54,302 bases of DNA from an uncultured Deinococcaceae bacterium (lineage in GTDB: Bacteria; Deinococcota; Deinococci; Deinococcales; Deinococcaceae): positions 1-54,302 of the forward strand of contig CAXULY010000036.1 in the NCBI GenBank assembly GCA_964252075.1, written 5' to 3'. The translations under genes were made by a program, and so were the position numbers. The number at the start of each line of letters is the position of its first letter. Position 1 is the first letter of the stretch. Under the pieces are notes generated by a model. The model made no database searches, was not told the origin of the DNA, and saw nothing but the letters and a program-made list of their open reading frames with translations. This document shows, one piece after another, positions 25,715 through 36,062 of this stretch.

Positions 25715-26874
25715 TTGCCGAACACCAGCGGCTTCTGCGCGAACTTGATGGGGTACACCGGCACGCGCCCGCCGTCCTGGAACTGGAAGTGCAGCCAGTT
25801 GCCGCCCTCGAAGCCCTGGTACTTGATTTTGTTGCTGGGCGTGAAGGTGAGCGTTCCGAAGGGCGTGGGGGCGTTCGTCGCGGCGAGCGCGGCGGCCACC
25901 TTGTCCTTGTCGGTGCTGCCCGCGCGGTTGATGGCGGCGGCCAGCGTGGTGAGGTTCACGTACGCGAGCGGCGCGAAGTACTCCTCCGTCACGCCCCCGA
26001 ACTTCTTCCTGTACTTCGCCACGAAGTCGCGGCTGGCGGGCTGCGGGCTGGCGGGCAGCCACAGGCTGAGGCCCGCGACGTCCTCGGAAAGGCGGTTCTT
26101 CTCAAAGCCCACGGGCCAGGACGGCGGCGTGCCGTAGATCAGGCCAAGCTGCAGGTTCTGGCTGCGCACCTCCGTGACGAGCGGCAGGGCGTCCGTGTCG
26201 TACCCGATCCAGTACAGGATGTCGGGCTTCGCGGCCTTCGCCTTGCTGACGAGCGCGCCGAAGTTCCCGCTGCCGGTCTTGAACTTCTCGCTCATCACGA
26301 CGTTGAAGCCCGCCTTCTTGAAGGCCGCAACGGTGTCCGCGATGCCCGCCGAGCCGAAGGGGCCATCCTCGTACGCGATGGCGATGTTCTTCGCGCCCTT
26401 GGTGCGCTTCAGGTACTTGAACTGGTCGAGGATCGCCTCGAAGTTGTAGTACGACCACGGGTGGTAATGGAAGAAGTACGGGTACCCGGCGAAGGCGTCC
26501 TCGACGGGCGTGGCGGCCGCCCCGATCCACGCGAGAAAGGTGTTGTACTGCTTGGCGGGCCCGCTGATCGCGATGCTGGTGGCGCTCGACACGCCGCCCG
26601 CCATGAAGTCCACCTTGTCCACCGTCGCGAGCTTCACGAAGGCGGGCACGGCCTTGGCGGGGTTGCTCTCGTCATCCCCGAACACCACTTCGAGGGGCTT
26701 GCCAAGCACGCCGCCCTTGGCGTTGATCTCGTCCAGCGCGAGTTTGTAGCCGTTCTGGGCGGCCTGCCCAGACACCGACCCGGAGCCCGACAGCGGCAGC
26801 AGCACGCCGACCTTCACCGCGCCCGCGGCGGAAGCCGCGAGCAGAACGCCCGTCAGTAGCGCGTTTCGCATCAT
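25711..26874 (-). CDS. ABC transporter substrate-binding protein (Liv/HAAT class, non-canonical ligand)
   Basis: Signal peptide; KVGVLLPLSG, EINAKGGVLGKPLE, DDESNP; SD GAGGAG. Confidence 0.9.
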   Translation of the reverse strand: MMRNALLTGVLLAASAAGAVKVGVLLPLSGSGSVSGQAAQNGYKLALDEINAKGGVLGKPLEVVFGDDESNPAKAVPAFVKLATVDKVDFMAGGVSSATSIAISGPAKQYNTFLAWIGAAATPVEDAFAGYPYFFHYHPWSYYNFEAILDQFKYLKRTKGAKNIAIAYEDGPFGSAGIADTVAAFKKAGFNVVMSEKFKTGSGNFGALVSKAKAAKPDILYWIGYDTDALPLVTEVRSQNLQLGLIYGTPPSWPVGFEKNRLSEDVAGLSLWLPASPQPASRDFVAKYRKKFGGVTEEYFAPLAYVNLTTLAAAINRAGSTDKDKVAAALAATNAPTPFGTLTFTPSNKIKYQGFEGGNWLHFQFQDGGRVPVYPIKFAQKPLVFGK

Positions 26875-26893
26875 GCTTTGTCTCCTCAGCGAG

Positions 26894-26968
26894 AGGGTAG
26901 CGGGCGCGCGTTGCAGCCGCGTTGCAGTAGGGCGGTGCAACGGCGGCGCAACGCCCCGCCCCTACAGT
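26894..26968. promoter_or_regulatory. Symmetric divergent promoters with two pairs of heptamer repeats at 11-bp pitch
   Basis: CGTTGCA at 26909 and 26920; TGCAACG at 26936, CGCAACG at 26947; -10 TACCCT (minus, 26894-26899) and TACAGT (plus, 26963-26968), each 9 nt from the proximal heptamer. Confidence 0.75.
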
Positions 26969-26974
26969 GGCCGC

Positions 26975-27016
26975 GTGCCCACCGCCATCACCGCCCTCCG
27001 GGGGCCGGTCCCGTGA
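26975..27016 (+). CDS. Putative 13-aa leader peptide [13 protein letters not shown] coupled to the esterase gene
   Basis: GTG 6 nt after TACAGT; its TGA overlaps the next GTG (GTGA). Confidence 0.4.
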   Translation: MPTAITALRGPVP

Positions 27017-28023
27017 CCGCGCCCAGCGCCTTCGTGTTCGAGACGCAGCACGCCCTGGGCGGCGCCTCGCCCGTCCCCGTGCGCCTCGGCGTGGAGACCT
27101 GGGGGGCGCTGTCGGGCGCGCGGGACAACGCGGTGCTGGTGTGCCACTACTACACCGGCACCATGCACGCGGCGGGCCGCTACAGCGGCAGCGCCCTGGA
27201 GACGCCGGGGTGGTGGGACGCGCTGATCGGGCCGGGCCGCGCGATCGACACGGACCGCTTCTTCGTGGTGTGCATGAACACCCCGTCGAACGTGCAGGCG
27301 CGCGACCCGCGCGTGGTGACGGTCGGGCCGGACACGCCCGGCCCGAACGGCGAGCGGTGGGGAGAGCGCTTTCCCGCCTGGGGCTTCGCGGACCTGTTCG
27401 AGCTGCAGCGGGAACTCATGGTGCGCCTGGGCATCCCTCGTTGGCACGCGGTGGCGGGGCCGAGCCTGGGGGGCATTCAGGCGCTGCACTGGGCGGCGCG
27501 CGCGCCGGACCTCGCGCCGCGCGTCGCGGTGATTGCGGCGAGCCCGCACGCCGGGCCGGTGCTGCGCGACACTTTCGGGCCGCTGCTGCGCGGCGTGGCG
27601 GCGTCCGGCAGGGTGGTGGAGGCGCTGCGGCTCATCAGTTTTTTCGGGCTGGGCGCGGACGGCGTGCGCGCGTGGTTCTCACGCGAGGACTTCGGGCAGT
27701 ACCTGCGCAGCCGCAGCGGCTACGCGAGCCTCGCGCACGTGCTGGACATCGCGCGCGCCGTCGCCACGCACGACCTCGCGCAGGTCGCGCCGCCCGAGGA
27801 GCTGTTCGCGCGCTGGCGCGCGGCGGACCTGCGCCTGCTGAGCGTGAACGTGCGCGGCGACCAGTTCTTCCCGGTGGGGGACATGCGGGCGTTCGCGGCG
27901 GCGGGCCAGGCGGCGGGCGTGCAGCACACACACGAGGAGTTCGACAGCGAGATCGGGCACCTCGCGTGCGTGTTCGAGCCGGAGCGCTTCGCGGGGGCGC
28001 TGCGGGCGCTCGTGGAAGGCTGA
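27013..28023 (+). CDS. MetX (homoserine acetyltransferase)-fold hydrolase, probable short-chain esterase
   Basis: [49 protein letters not shown] nucleophile, DQFF, GHLA. Confidence 0.8.
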   Translation: MTAPSAFVFETQHALGGASPVPVRLGVETWGALSGARDNAVLVCHYYTGTMHAAGRYSGSALETPGWWDALIGPGRAIDTDRFFVVCMNTPSNVQARDPRVVTVGPDTPGPNGERWGERFPAWGFADLFELQRELMVRLGIPRWHAVAGPSLGGIQALHWAARAPDLAPRVAVIAASPHAGPVLRDTFGPLLRGVAASGRVVEALRLISFFGLGADGVRAWFSREDFGQYLRSRSGYASLAHVLDIARAVATHDLAQVAPPEELFARWRAADLRLLSVNVRGDQFFPVGDMRAFAAAGQAAGVQHTHEEFDSEIGHLACVFEPERFAGALRALVEG

Positions 28024-28033
28024 ACACCCACAC

Positions 28034-28050
28034 CAAACGCTCGTTATGCT
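28034..28050 (+). promoter_or_regulatory. PaaR-like box overlapping the scoA -10
   Basis: CAAACGCTCGTTAT overlapping TATGCT. Confidence 0.5.
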
Positions 28051-28066
28051 GGGGCACGGAGGTTCC

Positions 28067-28798
28067 ATGCAGAAGGTCTACCCGAGCGCCGCGGAGGCGC
28101 TGCACGACATTGTCCAGGACGGCCAGCTGATCGCCGTGGGCGGCTTCGGGCTGTGCGGCATTCCCGAGGCGCTGATTGGCGCGCTGCGCGACAGCGGCGT
28201 CACCGGCCTCACGGTAGTGAGCAACAACGCGGGCGTGGACGGCTTCGGCCTCGGCCTGCTCCTCGAGACGCGCCAGATCCGCAAGATGATCAGCAGTTAC
28301 GTCGGGGAGAACAAGGAGTTCGAACGGCAGTACCTCGCGGGCGAACTGGAGCTGGAGTTCACGCCGCAGGGCACGCTCGCGGAGCGCCTGCGCGCGGGCG
28401 GCGCGGGCATCCCCGGCTTCTACACCCGCACGGGCGTCGGCACGGTCGTCGCTGAAGGCAAGCCGCACGCGGACTTCGACGGGATCACCTACGTGCTGGA
28501 GCGCGGCATCCGCGGGGACGTGGGCCTCGTGAAGGCCTGGAAGGCCGACCGGGAAGGCAACCTCGTGTACCGCAAGACCGCGCGCAACTTCAACCCGATG
28601 GTCGCCACCAGTGGCCGCGTGACGGTCGCGGAGGTCGAGGAGCTTGTGGAGGTGGGCGAGCTCGACCCAGACCACGTGCACACGCCCGGCATCTTCGTGC
28701 AGCGAATCATTGTGAACGCCACCCCGGAGAAGCGCGTGGAGCAGCGCACTGTGCGCCCCCGCGCCACCACCAGCCCCGCCGCGGGCGAGGAGGTCTGA
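28067..28798 (+). CDS. scoA: Succinyl-CoA:3-oxoacid CoA-transferase subunit A
   Basis: [49 protein letters not shown]. Confidence 0.93.
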   Translation: MQKVYPSAAEALHDIVQDGQLIAVGGFGLCGIPEALIGALRDSGVTGLTVVSNNAGVDGFGLGLLLETRQIRKMISSYVGENKEFERQYLAGELELEFTPQGTLAERLRAGGAGIPGFYTRTGVGTVVAEGKPHADFDGITYVLERGIRGDVGLVKAWKADREGNLVYRKTARNFNPMVATSGRVTVAEVEELVEVGELDPDHVHTPGIFVQRIIVNATPEKRVEQRTVRPRATTSPAAGEEV

Positions 28799-28800
28799 CC

Positions 28801-29433
<633 letters not shown>

Positions 29434-29462
29434 GGGACCAGCGGGCGCCGGACGCGCCCGCC

Positions 29463-30362
29463 CTACGGCTGGGACCCGCCCGCTTTCGGGTGCAGGCTGC
29501 GCGGGGGGCGGCGGGCTTCGTGCAGCGCCTGATCGGCGAGGCGCAGCAGCGTGTCGGAGGTGACATCCTCCGCCGGCGGGCACCCCACGATGCCCGCCGT
29601 GAAGCCCACCGCGCCGCCTGCGGGCAGGTCCCGCGCGAGGGACCGCCACAACTCCACGCGGCGGTGCACCGCCTCCAGGCCCATGCCGGACAGCAGCACC
29701 ACGAAGGCGCCGTCCTCCAGGCGCACCACGAGGTCCGAGGCGCGCACGTGCTCGCTCAGCAGGCGCGCGAAGCGCCGCAGCGCCTCGCCCTGCACGGGGC
29801 GGTCCAGGTCCAGCAGCACCAGGGTCGTGGCGCGCGCGTCCAACGCGGAGTCCGGGGCGAGTGCGGCGTCCAGTGCCCGGCGGCCGGGCAGCCCGGTCAG
29901 TGGGTCGCGGTCATTGAAGAGCGGCCGCTGGCCCTGGCGGAGCAGGTCCTCGTGCCACTGCACATCCAGTGATGCCGCCACCGCACGCTCGGCCGTCACG
30001 TCGCGCGCGAGCGCCACCCACCCGGAGGGCAGGGGCGCGAGGGTAACCTGCACGGTGCGCGCGCCGCGCCGCAGGTCGAAGGTACGCTCGCCGCCCGCGC
30101 GCGCGGAGGCCACCCACTGGCTCCAGGCGGGCAGCGCCCGCGTCACGGGCAGTCCGGTGGGCGGGCTGGGCAGGTCGAGGAGGCGCCGGGCCGCCGGGTT
30201 CGCGTCCAGGATGCGGTCCGTGCGGTCCACCGTCACGCAGCCGTCCTGCGACCACGCGGCCAGCTGGTCCTGTGCGGCGGCACGCAGGCCGCGCGGGCGT
30301 GACCAGAGCAGCAGGGGGGACAGCATGAGGGCCGCGCCGAGCAGCCACCAGGCAAACAGCAT
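29463..30362 (-). CDS. TM-PAS-degenerate GGDEF protein
   Basis: N-terminal TM; ILDANPAA PAS; DPLTGLPGRRA, LLDLD, VVRLEDGAF in place of GGDEF, ADQALHEA. Confidence 0.72.
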   Translation of the reverse strand: MLFAWWLLGAALMLSPLLLWSRPRGLRAAAQDQLAAWSQDGCVTVDRTDRILDANPAARRLLDLPSPPTGLPVTRALPAWSQWVASARAGGERTFDLRRGARTVQVTLAPLPSGWVALARDVTAERAVAASLDVQWHEDLLRQGQRPLFNDRDPLTGLPGRRALDAALAPDSALDARATTLVLLDLDRPVQGEALRRFARLLSEHVRASDLVVRLEDGAFVVLLSGMGLEAVHRRVELWRSLARDLPAGGAVGFTAGIVGCPPAEDVTSDTLLRLADQALHEARRPPRSLHPKAGGSQP

Positions 30363-30396
30363 GAGGCGATTATGGCGGCTCACTCATTCAACTTCC

Positions 30397-31077
30397 TTAC
30401 AGCGGCGCGCCCACCCCAAGGGCCGCGCCGATGTCCACGAGGCGCGCGAAGGTCTGCGTGGCGCCTGCAGCGCGCAGGGTGGGGGCGGCGTGCTCGCCGG
30501 AGTGATCGCCGCCCGTGAAGCCCCACACCGTCATGCCCGCCGCAACCCCGGCCGTGACGCCCAGCACACTGTCCTCCACCACTACGCAGTCCGCGGGGGC
30601 AGCGCCCAGGTCGCGCGCGGCGCGCAGGTACAGGTCGGGCGCGGGTTTGCCCGCGCGCACCTGCGAGGGGTCGTGCACGTGCCCCGCGAGCAGCGGCGCG
30701 AGGCCGGAGGCGTCCAGCTTGAGGTCCAGGCGGTCGCGGCGGCTGTTGCTCGCCACGGCGAACGGCACGCCATGATCGCGCAGGGCCGTCAGCAGGGCGG
30801 GGGCGCCCGGCACGGGCTTCACACGCGCGAACGCCGCCAGCAGCGCGCCGTCCAGCTCCGCGTCGAAGCCCTCGGGGCGGTGCCAGCCGAAGTCGCGCTC
30901 CAGTCCCGTGAACAGCGCACTCAGGGTGGTGCCCACCGAGTACGCCAGGAAGTCCTGCGGTGAGAACGTCAGGCCGTGCGCGGCGAGCAGCGCCACCCAC
31001 ACGCGGTTCGCGGCGCCCTCGCTGTCCACCAGCACGCCGTCACAGTCGAAGAGCACCGCCCGGAAGGAGGAAGTCAC
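30397..31077 (-). CDS. HAD family phosphatase (HAD-IA)
   Basis: FDCDGVLVDSE, VASNS, KPAPDLY, VVEDS..GV. Confidence 0.9.
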   Translation of the reverse strand: MTSSFRAVLFDCDGVLVDSEGAANRVWVALLAAHGLTFSPQDFLAYSVGTTLSALFTGLERDFGWHRPEGFDAELDGALLAAFARVKPVPGAPALLTALRDHGVPFAVASNSRRDRLDLKLDASGLAPLLAGHVHDPSQVRAGKPAPDLYLRAARDLGAAPADCVVVEDSVLGVTAGVAAGMTVWGFTGGDHSGEHAAPTLRAAGATQTFARLVDIGAALGVGAPL

Positions 31078-31145
31078 GCGCGGAGTGTACCCCCTACTGG
31101 GCGCCGCGTGACCCGCCCCGCCTGAGGCGCCCCCTCCCCTGCCCT

Positions 31146-31805
31146 TCAGCGGCGCAGGGTGTGCCCCGTGCGGTCGTCGGTGTGCCAGGACTGCGACTGG
31201 AAGGCCAGGAAGACCGCCACCCACTGTGCGGTCTGCGGGAAATGCAGCAGCAGCGCGCCGTCCTGCCACACGCCGTCATCGCTGCGGAAGCGGCCACTGT
31301 TGCCCTGGTTCATGTGGATGTTGTGCACGCCACAGCCCGGCTCGAAACCGAAGACCTGGTCCGACTGGCCGCGCTCGGGTCCCCAGGCGCTCCCGAAGGC
31401 GTACAGCTGCGCGCCTTCCTCCTGCTGCGCGCGCGTGGCGAGCGCCTCAATGCGGTCCGCGAGGTCGTTGTCCGGGCCGGGCGCGCTGGGGGGCAGGGCC
31501 GTCATGTCCTCGCGGCGCAGCAGGCCGCCCCGCACGAAATCGAGCGCCAGGCCGTCCGGCTGACGTTCCAGCGGGTGGAAGCCGGGCGTGAGGGCGTCCA
31601 GCGGCGCGAGCAGCGGGTGGTCGAAGGGCTCCCGCACGAGGAACAGCAGCTCGCTGGGTGACTGCTGGCTCTCGACGTTCACGGCGATCCGGAAGTGCTC
31701 TCCTGCAGCTACCGCGTGCATCTGGTAGTGCGGGGTGCTCTGACCGTCCTCGCGCTGCGCGCCAATCACACTGGCCTTCAGGACCCCGTAGCTGGGAATG
31801 GGCAT
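31146..31805 (-). CDS. DUF2278/YukJ family protein
   Basis: YGVLK, PHYQ, RIAVNV, GVHNIHMNQGN, GVWQDGAL, FLAFQSQSWHTDD. Confidence 0.85.
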   Translation of the reverse strand: MPIPSYGVLKASVIGAQREDGQSTPHYQMHAVAAGEHFRIAVNVESQQSPSELLFLVREPFDHPLLAPLDALTPGFHPLERQPDGLALDFVRGGLLRREDMTALPPSAPGPDNDLADRIEALATRAQQEEGAQLYAFGSAWGPERGQSDQVFGFEPGCGVHNIHMNQGNSGRFRSDDGVWQDGALLLHFPQTAQWVAVFLAFQSQSWHTDDRTGHTLRR

Positions 31806-31890
31806 GCGGTCAACATACGGGGCGCGGGTGAGGGTCACCACAGGAAACCGGGCCGCCCGTGGTGCGGGCGGCCCGGCGGCTGTTCGGGGG

Positions 31891-32172
31891 TTACTGGGCG
31901 CTCTGGGCGGCCTGCAGCTTGTTGATGCGCTTGGCAAGGCGGCTCTTCTTGCGGGCCGCGGCGTTCTTGTGCAGGGTGGAGCCCTTGGCGGCCTTGTCGA
32001 TCAGGCTCTCGGCCCGCTGCAGCAGGGTCTGCGCGTCTTCAGCGCCGGTCTCGAAGGCGGTCACGGCCTTCTTGGTGAAGGTCTTGATGGTGCTCTTCTT
32101 GCTGCGGTTCAGCAGGCGGCGCTTGAGGCTCTGACGGTGGCGCTTCTGAGCGGATTTGTGGCGCAGGGCCAT
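31891..32172 (-). CDS. rpsT: 30S ribosomal protein S20
   Basis: [29 protein letters not shown]. Confidence 0.97.
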   Translation of the reverse strand: MALRHKSAQKRHRQSLKRRLLNRSKKSTIKTFTKKAVTAFETGAEDAQTLLQRAESLIDKAAKGSTLHKNAAARKKSRLAKRINKLQAAQSAQ

Positions 32173-32372
32173 GGTGGTCTCTCTTTCTCCCGCGGTGTGC
32201 GGGGCGGTCCCCGGAGGAACGCGATGCGTCGGTGCGAGTCTCGCTCCCGCGCGACCTGGGGCGCTCCACGCGGGGTGGCCACCAGGGCGCCCACCAGCTG
32301 ATGGGCAACTTTGTTATACTAGCGGGCCTGACCGCCCGCGCGCAAGGGCGGGGTGCGCTCTATCCTGTGGGC

Positions 32373-32837
32373 ATGACCGACGACCTGATGGCCTACGCCT
32401 TCCGGGCGCTGGCGCAGCGCGCCCTCACGGAGTCCGAGCTGCGCGCGCGGCTCGCGCGGCGCGGGGCGGACGACGCCGCGCAGGAGCGGCTCATCGCGCG
32501 CCTGCGGGAACTCGGGTACCTGAACGACGCGGGCGTTGCGCAGGCGGTCTCCGCGCGCGGCGGGGTGGGGCGCTTTCGCGTGAAGGCGGAGCTGAAGCGC
32601 CGGGGCGTGGCGGGTGAGGTGATCGATGAGGCGCTCGCGGGGCGCGACCCGGACCAGGACCTGGAGGGCGCGCGGCGCCTCGCAGAGCGCCACCGGGACC
32701 GCTGGTCGCGCGCGCGTGATCCGCGCGCCACCGCGTACGGGTTCCTGGCGCGGCGCGGCTTCGAGGGCTCGGTGATCTGGGCGGTGCTGAACGAGCTGCA
32801 GCTCGGCCAGGCGGGCGAGGAGACGCCCGAGGAGTGA
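32373..32837 (+). CDS. recX: Regulatory protein RecX
   Basis: [32 protein letters not shown]; leaderless TATCCT-N6-ATG. Confidence 0.9.
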   Translation: MTDDLMAYAFRALAQRALTESELRARLARRGADDAAQERLIARLRELGYLNDAGVAQAVSARGGVGRFRVKAELKRRGVAGEVIDEALAGRDPDQDLEGARRLAERHRDRWSRARDPRATAYGFLARRGFEGSVIWAVLNELQLGQAGEETPEE

Positions 32838-32857
32838 CGCGGCCCGCCCGCGTTCGG

Positions 32858-32886
32858 TTGACACCCTCCACCGCCGCCGCTAGACT
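32858..32886 (+). promoter_or_regulatory. tRNA promoter
   Basis: TTGACA-N17-TAGACT. Confidence 0.85.
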
Positions 32887-32928
32887 TTTTCAGCACGCGC
32901 CGGGTCCACGTGACCCTCGCGGCAGCGG

Positions 32929-33008
<80 letters not shown>

Positions 33009-33016
33009 AGTTGGTG

Positions 33017-33044
33017 AAGCCCCCCTCCCGAGGGGGCTTTTTTT
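33017..33044 (+). terminator. Intrinsic terminator after tRNA-Pro
   Basis: GC stem (AGCCCCC../..GGGGGCT) followed by a T run. Confidence 0.88.
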
Positions 33045-33099
33045 AATGGTCCTTTCCGTCGGCCCGCCACCCAGCGGCCCTCACCTGCCCAGGAGTCGT

Positions 33100-33807
33100 A
33101 TGCGGGTCTTCGCCCTGGCCGATCTGCACCTGGCCACCACACAGCACAAACCCATGACGGTGTTCGGCCCGCACTGGGCCGGGCACCCGGAGGCCATCTA
33201 CGCGCGCTGGCCGCAGGTGGTGGGGCCGGACGACCTGGTGCTGCTGCCCGGCGACCTCTCGTGGGCGATGCGGCTGCCGGAGGCGCTGCAGGACCTCTCC
33301 ACCCTGAGTGCCCTGCCGGGTACGAAGGTCCTCTCGCGCGGGAACCACGATTACTGGTGGCCCGCCATCGGGAAGCTGCGCGCGGCGCTGCCGCCCGGCA
33401 TGCTGGCCGTGCAGAACGACGCGCTGCGCTTCGGGGAGGTCACGGTGTGCGGCACGCGCGGGTGGGTCACGCCGGGCGGCGAGCACTTCACGCTCGAGGA
33501 CGACCGCATCTACCGCCGGGAGGCCGAGCGCCTCGCGCTGGCGCTGGAGTCCGCGCGCCGCCTGGGCGGCGCGCGCACCGTGCTGATGCTGCACTACCCG
33601 CCCACCGGGCCGGGCTTCGCGCCGACCCTGTTCACGGACCTGATCGAGCGATACCGCCCGGACGCCGTGGTGTACGGGCACCTGCACGGCGTGCCGGTGG
33701 AGCGCTCCCTGCGGCACTGGCAGGGCGTGCCGTGCTACCTCGTGGCGGCGGACGGTCTGCACTTCACGCCGAAGCTGATTCTGGAGTGCGGCGCGGGCGC
33801 GTCATAA
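33100..33807 (+). CDS. Calcineurin-like metallophosphoesterase
   Basis: [37 protein letters not shown]. Confidence 0.9.
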   Translation: MRVFALADLHLATTQHKPMTVFGPHWAGHPEAIYARWPQVVGPDDLVLLPGDLSWAMRLPEALQDLSTLSALPGTKVLSRGNHDYWWPAIGKLRAALPPGMLAVQNDALRFGEVTVCGTRGWVTPGGEHFTLEDDRIYRREAERLALALESARRLGGARTVLMLHYPPTGPGFAPTLFTDLIERYRPDAVVYGHLHGVPVERSLRHWQGVPCYLVAADGLHFTPKLILECGAGAS

Positions 33808-33814
33808 TCCGGCC

Positions 33815-34597
33815 ATGGATGGTGTCCCCCTGCTGGCCCTCGACATCGGCAACACCAGCACCGTGCTGGGCCTCACCGACGCGGACCTGAACATCACGCA
33901 CACCTGGCGCGTGCGCACGAACCGCGACCTCCTCCCGGACGACTGCGCGCTGCAACTGCGCGGCCTGATCGAGCTGTCGGGCGCGCCGCAGCCGGTGAGC
34001 GCGGTGCTGTCCAGCGTCGCGCCGCCCGTCGGGGAGAACTACGCGCTGGCGCTGGAGCGGCACTTCGGCGTGCGGAGCTTCGCGGTGAGTGCGGCGGCCC
34101 TGCCGGACGTGACGGTGGACCTCGACGACCCCTCGGGCATCGGCGCGGACCGCCTCGCAAACCTCTTCGGGGCGGAGGCGTACCTCACGGATCACGCGTA
34201 CGCCATCGTGGTGGATTTCGGGACGAGCACGAACTTCGACGTGATCGGGCGCGGGCGGCGCTTCCTGGGTGGGGTGCTCGCGACGGGCGCGCAGGTGAGT
34301 GCAGACGCGCTGTTCGCGCGCGCCGCGAAACTCCCGCGCGTGGCGCTCACGCCCCCAGCGACGGCGCTGGGCCGCAACACCGTGCACGCCCTGCAGTCCG
34401 GGCTGGTGTTCGGGTACGCGGAGATGGTGGACGGCCTGCTGCGCCGGTTGCGCGCCGAACTGCCCGGCCCGGCCATCGCGGTCGCGACAGGCGGCTTCTC
34501 CCGCACGGTGGAGGGCCTGTGCCGCGAGATTGACGCCTTCGACGACACCCTCACCCTGCGCGGGCTCGTGACCCTGTGGGCCAGCCGACCCGGCTGA
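33815..34597 (+). CDS. coaX: Type III pantothenate kinase
   Basis: LDIGNTS, SSVAP, GADR, VDFGTSTNFD, VATGG. Confidence 0.95.
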   Translation: MDGVPLLALDIGNTSTVLGLTDADLNITHTWRVRTNRDLLPDDCALQLRGLIELSGAPQPVSAVLSSVAPPVGENYALALERHFGVRSFAVSAAALPDVTVDLDDPSGIGADRLANLFGAEAYLTDHAYAIVVDFGTSTNFDVIGRGRRFLGGVLATGAQVSADALFARAAKLPRVALTPPATALGRNTVHALQSGLVFGYAEMVDGLLRRLRAELPGPAIAVATGGFSRTVEGLCREIDAFDDTLTLRGLVTLWASRPG

Positions 34598-34608
34598 CCC
34601 ACCGCCCC

Positions 34609-35040
34609 TCAGCCCAGCGGGACGTTCGCGAGGGTGCAGCGCGACACGCACACCAGTCGGCCCGCCTCGTCCGCGATCTCGATGCCCCACACTTGGCTGG
34701 CGCGCCCCCGGTGGATGGGTGTGGCGGTGGCCGTCACCCAGCCCTCGCGCACGCCCCGCAGGTGGTTCGCGTTGATCTCCTGACCCACCGCGCCCATGCC
34801 CTGCTCCGCGACGTTCAGGTACGCGCCGAAACTCGCGACAGACTCCGCCAGCACGACGCTCGCGCCGCCGTGCAGCAGCCCGAACGGCTGGTGCACCCTC
34901 GGGCCGACTGGCATGCGCGCCACCACGCGCTCCTTGCTGAGCTCCAGCATCTCGATGCCGAGCGTCCCGAGGAGCGTCTCGCGCTCCCCCATTGCCTCCA
35001 CCAGCGCCCGCACGTCCGGCGCGATCACGGGGCCCGTCAC
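34609..35040 (-). CDS. Hotdog-fold thioesterase (PaaI/MenI-like)
   Basis: HQPFGLLHGGASVVLAES, EINANHLR. Confidence 0.9.
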   Translation of the reverse strand: MTGPVIAPDVRALVEAMGERETLLGTLGIEMLELSKERVVARMPVGPRVHQPFGLLHGGASVVLAESVASFGAYLNVAEQGMGAVGQEINANHLRGVREGWVTATATPIHRGRASQVWGIEIADEAGRLVCVSRCTLANVPLG

Positions 35041-35041
35041 G

Positions 35042-36007
35042 TCAGAACCCCAGCACCGGGTGCGGCTGGTACGGCTGCTCCAGCGCCGTGCGGTGCTCCA
35101 CGCTGAGCTTCAGACCGACCGCCTGCGCGGCCTCCTCCAGGTGGTGCATTTTGCTCGCGCCGATGATGGGCGCGGTCACGCCCGGCTGCGCGAGCAGCCA
35201 CGCGATCGCCACCTGCGCGGGCGTCACGCCCAGCTCGCCTGCCACCTCCGCGGTGCGCTCCGCGATCTTCTCGTCGCCGGACGTGCGGTACAGCTGGTCC
35301 GCGAAAGGGTCGTTGCCCGCGCGCACGGTCTTCTCCTTGCGGTTCCCGGCGAGGAAGCCGCGCGCGATGGGGCTCCAGGGGATGACGCCCACGCCGTCCT
35401 CCAGGCACAGCGGCATCATCTCGCGTTCCTCCTCGCGGTACACGAGGTTGTAGTGGTTCTGCATGCTCACAAAGCGCGTGAGGCCGTGCAGGTCGGCGGC
35501 GTGCTGCATCTTCGCGAACTGGTAGGCGGCCATGCTGCTCGCGCCGATGTAGCGCACCATGCCGAGCCGCACGAGGTCGTGCAGGGCCGTCATGGTCTCC
35601 TCGATGGGCGTCTCCGGGTCGAAGCGGTGAATCTGGTACAGGTCGATGTAATCCGTGCCGAGGCGCTTCAGGCTGGCCTGCACGGCGCTCATGATGTGCC
35701 CGCGCGACAGGCCCCGGTCGTTGGGGCCCTCCCCCATCTTGCCGTGCACCTTCGTGGCGAGCACCACCTCCTCGCGCCGCGCGAAGTCCTTCAGCGCGCG
35801 CCCCACCACCTCCTCGCTCGCGCCGACGGAGTACACGTCGGCGGTGTCAAAGAAGTTGATGCCGAGTTCCAGCGCGCGCTGAATGAAGGGCCGCGAGGCG
35901 TCCTCGGGCAGCACCCAGGGCCGCCAGGTGGGGTCGCCGTAGGTCATGGTGCCGAGCGAGATGCGCGAGACCTTCAGGCCGCTGTTGCCGAGCCGCACGT
36001 AGTCCAT
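35042..36007 (-). CDS. Aldo/keto reductase (YajO-like)
   Basis: LGNSGLKVS, FDTADVY, ATK, DLYQIHR, IPWSP. Confidence 0.92.
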   Translation of the reverse strand: MDYVRLGNSGLKVSRISLGTMTYGDPTWRPWVLPEDASRPFIQRALELGINFFDTADVYSVGASEEVVGRALKDFARREEVVLATKVHGKMGEGPNDRGLSRGHIMSAVQASLKRLGTDYIDLYQIHRFDPETPIEETMTALHDLVRLGMVRYIGASSMAAYQFAKMQHAADLHGLTRFVSMQNHYNLVYREEEREMMPLCLEDGVGVIPWSPIARGFLAGNRKEKTVRAGNDPFADQLYRTSGDEKIAERTAEVAGELGVTPAQVAIAWLLAQPGVTAPIIGASKMHHLEEAAQAVGLKLSVEHRTALEQPYQPHPVLGF

Positions 36008-36062
36008 GCGGGGACCGTAACAGGCGCCGGGGCCCGCAGACGGTGACCTGAACGGGAATCGC

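Noticed and set aside
32290..32372. RDRM upstream of recX
   Set aside because: No 17-bp match to the RDRM pattern found in the rpsT-recX intergenic region
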